From contig NW_024704743.1 of assembly GCF_018977255.1 (NCBI RefSeq), positions 57,476,001 through 57,540,000 on the forward strand: a stretch of 64,000 nt of DNA. The letters are read 5' to 3'. This document shows positions 61,868 through 64,000 of this stretch, piece by piece (position 1 is the stretch's first letter; the number at the start of each line of letters is the position of its first letter). The notes under the pieces are model-generated. The model was not told the DNA's origin. It worked only from the letters and a program-made list of their open reading frames with translations, and searched no databases. Source of the stretch: Callorhinchus milii. Lineage: Eukaryota. The position numbers and the translations under genes were made by a program.

Positions 61868-63529
61868 GGAGAAGGCCTGCTCGTCAATGGTGGGGCGGGC
61901 AAGGTGGGGGACTTGAAGCAGGCCGGAGCCGGCTGAGCGGATGGAGCAGCCAGGTTGGTAGGGGTTAGGAGATCGCAGAGGTAGGGGGGCAAGGCCATGG
62001 AGGGCTTTCAAGGTGAGGACCAGGATCTTGAACTGTATCCTCTGCGTGATGGGAAGCCAGTGGAGTCAGGCAAGGATAGGGTAATAGAGTCGCGAAACCT
62101 GGTGCGGGACATGACACGGGCTGCAGAATTCTGGATGATCTGCAGCCTATGGAGGGAAGAGTTGGGGAGGCCCTCAAGTAGGGAGTTAGTCGAGCGTAGT
62201 CGAGCCTGGATGTTATGAATGCGTGTATGAGGCTCTTGGCGACCTGTGGTGTGAGACAATGGCGGAGCCAGGTGATGTTGCGAAGGTGGGGGAAGGCAGA
62301 GCAGGACATGGCACAGATGTGGGGTAGAAAGGATAGTTGAGGGTCAAACAAGATGCTAAGGTTCCGGATTGGCTTAGCAAGGTGGAGTGTGCAACCGTGG
62401 ATGGTGATGCTGTCAGCACCTGAGGTATGGAGGCATTGATGGGAGCCAATTAGGAGAGTCTCGGTCTTGTTGTTCAACTGTAGAAACTCAATTCTCATCC
62501 AAGACTTGTTGTCCAACAGACATTATATCAGCACAACAGTGGTCCTGGAGCGAGGAATGGAGAATGAACAAATGTCATTTGTTACTTTGACCAAAGCTGT
62601 TTCTGTGCTATGGGCAGCATGGAAACCCGATTGGAGGGGTTTGTGAAGGGTGTGGCGGGAGAGGAAGGAGCAAACTGGGAAGCAATGACTCGTTCCAGGA
62701 ACTTGAAAAGGAAAGGGAGATTGAAGATGGGGCATTAGTATTTGAGCAGCGATGGGTCAAGGGGAGGTTTTTTTTAAGGATAAGAGTGATAACGGCCTTT
62801 TTTAAAGGGGTGGGAATAGTGCCAGTGGACAGGGAGAGGTTTATGATGTTTGTGTGTGGGGGGGGGAAGGAGGTGGAGCTGGGAGGTAAGGAGATGGGGT
62901 CAAAGGAGCAGGTGGACTGTAGTACTATAATTAGAGGAGCTAGGAACATATTCACTGTTTAGACTGCAGTAGCATTCACAGTGCAGGATCTTTAAGGATA
63001 ACAAAACAATGAAATTAGGAGAAAAATTATTATTCACAATCAGACTTATGAGTCAGACTTCCAGTTGAACGAACAGAGAATCTGGTTTGAAACCATGAAT
63101 AGATATGCAATGCAAACCAAAGGAACGAAAACTGCCTATCAGCTCTCACTCTGAGTAAGACCGACAACAATTAGTACAGGCCAAATATGATTTGAACTTA
63201 ATTTCAATATAGCAAGAAGAATGCTCGCTTCTTAGAACTACACTGAGACATTATGATCAAAGAGGAAAACCAGACTGCTCTCCCAGCTCTTCAGATAAAA
63301 AGAACAGAGGTAAAAGCTTCTATGTCAGGTTTTGAGAGCCAGGAGGGAAACATATTAACTGCCCCAATAAAAGTATCTGAGATTTATTTTGCTCAGGTAC
63401 TGTATAAAGCTGAAACTGATATTTTACCCCTAAAATATGATAGAAAATGTACATCTTTTTTTGTGGCAAGAAAAACAGTTCTGTTCCAGCCCGATGATTG
63501 TGCTCAGAAATGTTATCATCAAGGGAACT

Positions 63530-63735
63530 CAATGGTGTGGTGAGTCCTTTCACCCTGAGTGCAGGGTTCACATCTAGTTCAGATTGATGGGATGAAAGCC
63601 ATCAATCTCCGGCTTTAAGGGTCTTAAGAGAAATTACTTTGAGCAGTTTCAATCAAAAGTCTGCAGCATCAAACCCCCATAGTTTAGTATAAATTGACAA
63701 TGAAATTCTCACTCAGAGAAACAAGAGGATGCGTT
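63530..63735 (+). mobile_element. Possible ancient LF-SINE-like element
   Basis: CCTTTCACCCTGAG...GGGTTCACATCTAGTTCAG...GAAAG...GAAAT resembles the LF-SINE head as recalled; heavily diverged. Confidence 0.35.
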
Positions 63736-64000
63736 GCAAAGGAAATTAAAAATTCATAGAGATAAAGTTTGTAGTGTTTCAAAAGTATTGCTGGACTTAA
63801 CCATCATTCAATCAGTGACAGAGGATGAAAGTTAATGCTGCAATAGTTTTAAATTGCAACAATCTGGACACCATTATACAGCAAAGTATGTTCTTCTGAA
63901 ATTTGATTCAAGACACTTTGGGTTTCAATTCGCAATCCTAAATTCTCACCAAGAAGACACCCATTTGTCACTCCTTGGCTGGTAAATAATAATAATCCTT

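Larger units (their letters stand above)
61425..62925 (-). mobile_element. Degenerate L2 carrying a SINE insertion
   Basis: [47 protein letters not shown]. Confidence 0.9.

Overview
Repeat-rich vertebrate genomic DNA. The repeat repertoire (L2 and CR1 LINEs, Deu-domain tRNA SINEs, a Penelope-like element) points to a cartilaginous fish, possibly a chimaera; this is inference. No host gene could be identified with confidence: almost every long ORF is LINE ORF2 or an off-frame shadow of it. The window is an intronic or intergenic mosaic of about 14 sizeable L2 fragments from two subfamilies, several CR1 fragments, at least three SINE families, a Penelope-like GIY-YIG fragment with a decayed hammerhead motif, a palindromic MITE-like family and an unclassified ~600-bp family. 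Main observations: (1) an apparently full-length single-ORF L2 (4342-7830) whose ends are fixed by the old SINE it interrupts, with a CRE in its 5' UTR; (2) a shared L2/SINE 3' stem-loop with compensatory changes, where the youngest SINEs carry the L2-A loop; (3) an 84-bp perfect, locally templated inverted duplication at a young SINE 5' junction; (4) a CR1 inserted inside the Penelope GIY-YIG motif; (5) strong minus-strand bias of L2 and DeuSINE copies; (6) a few unverified candidate exons. All alignments were done by eye, and ends of old repeats are approximate.
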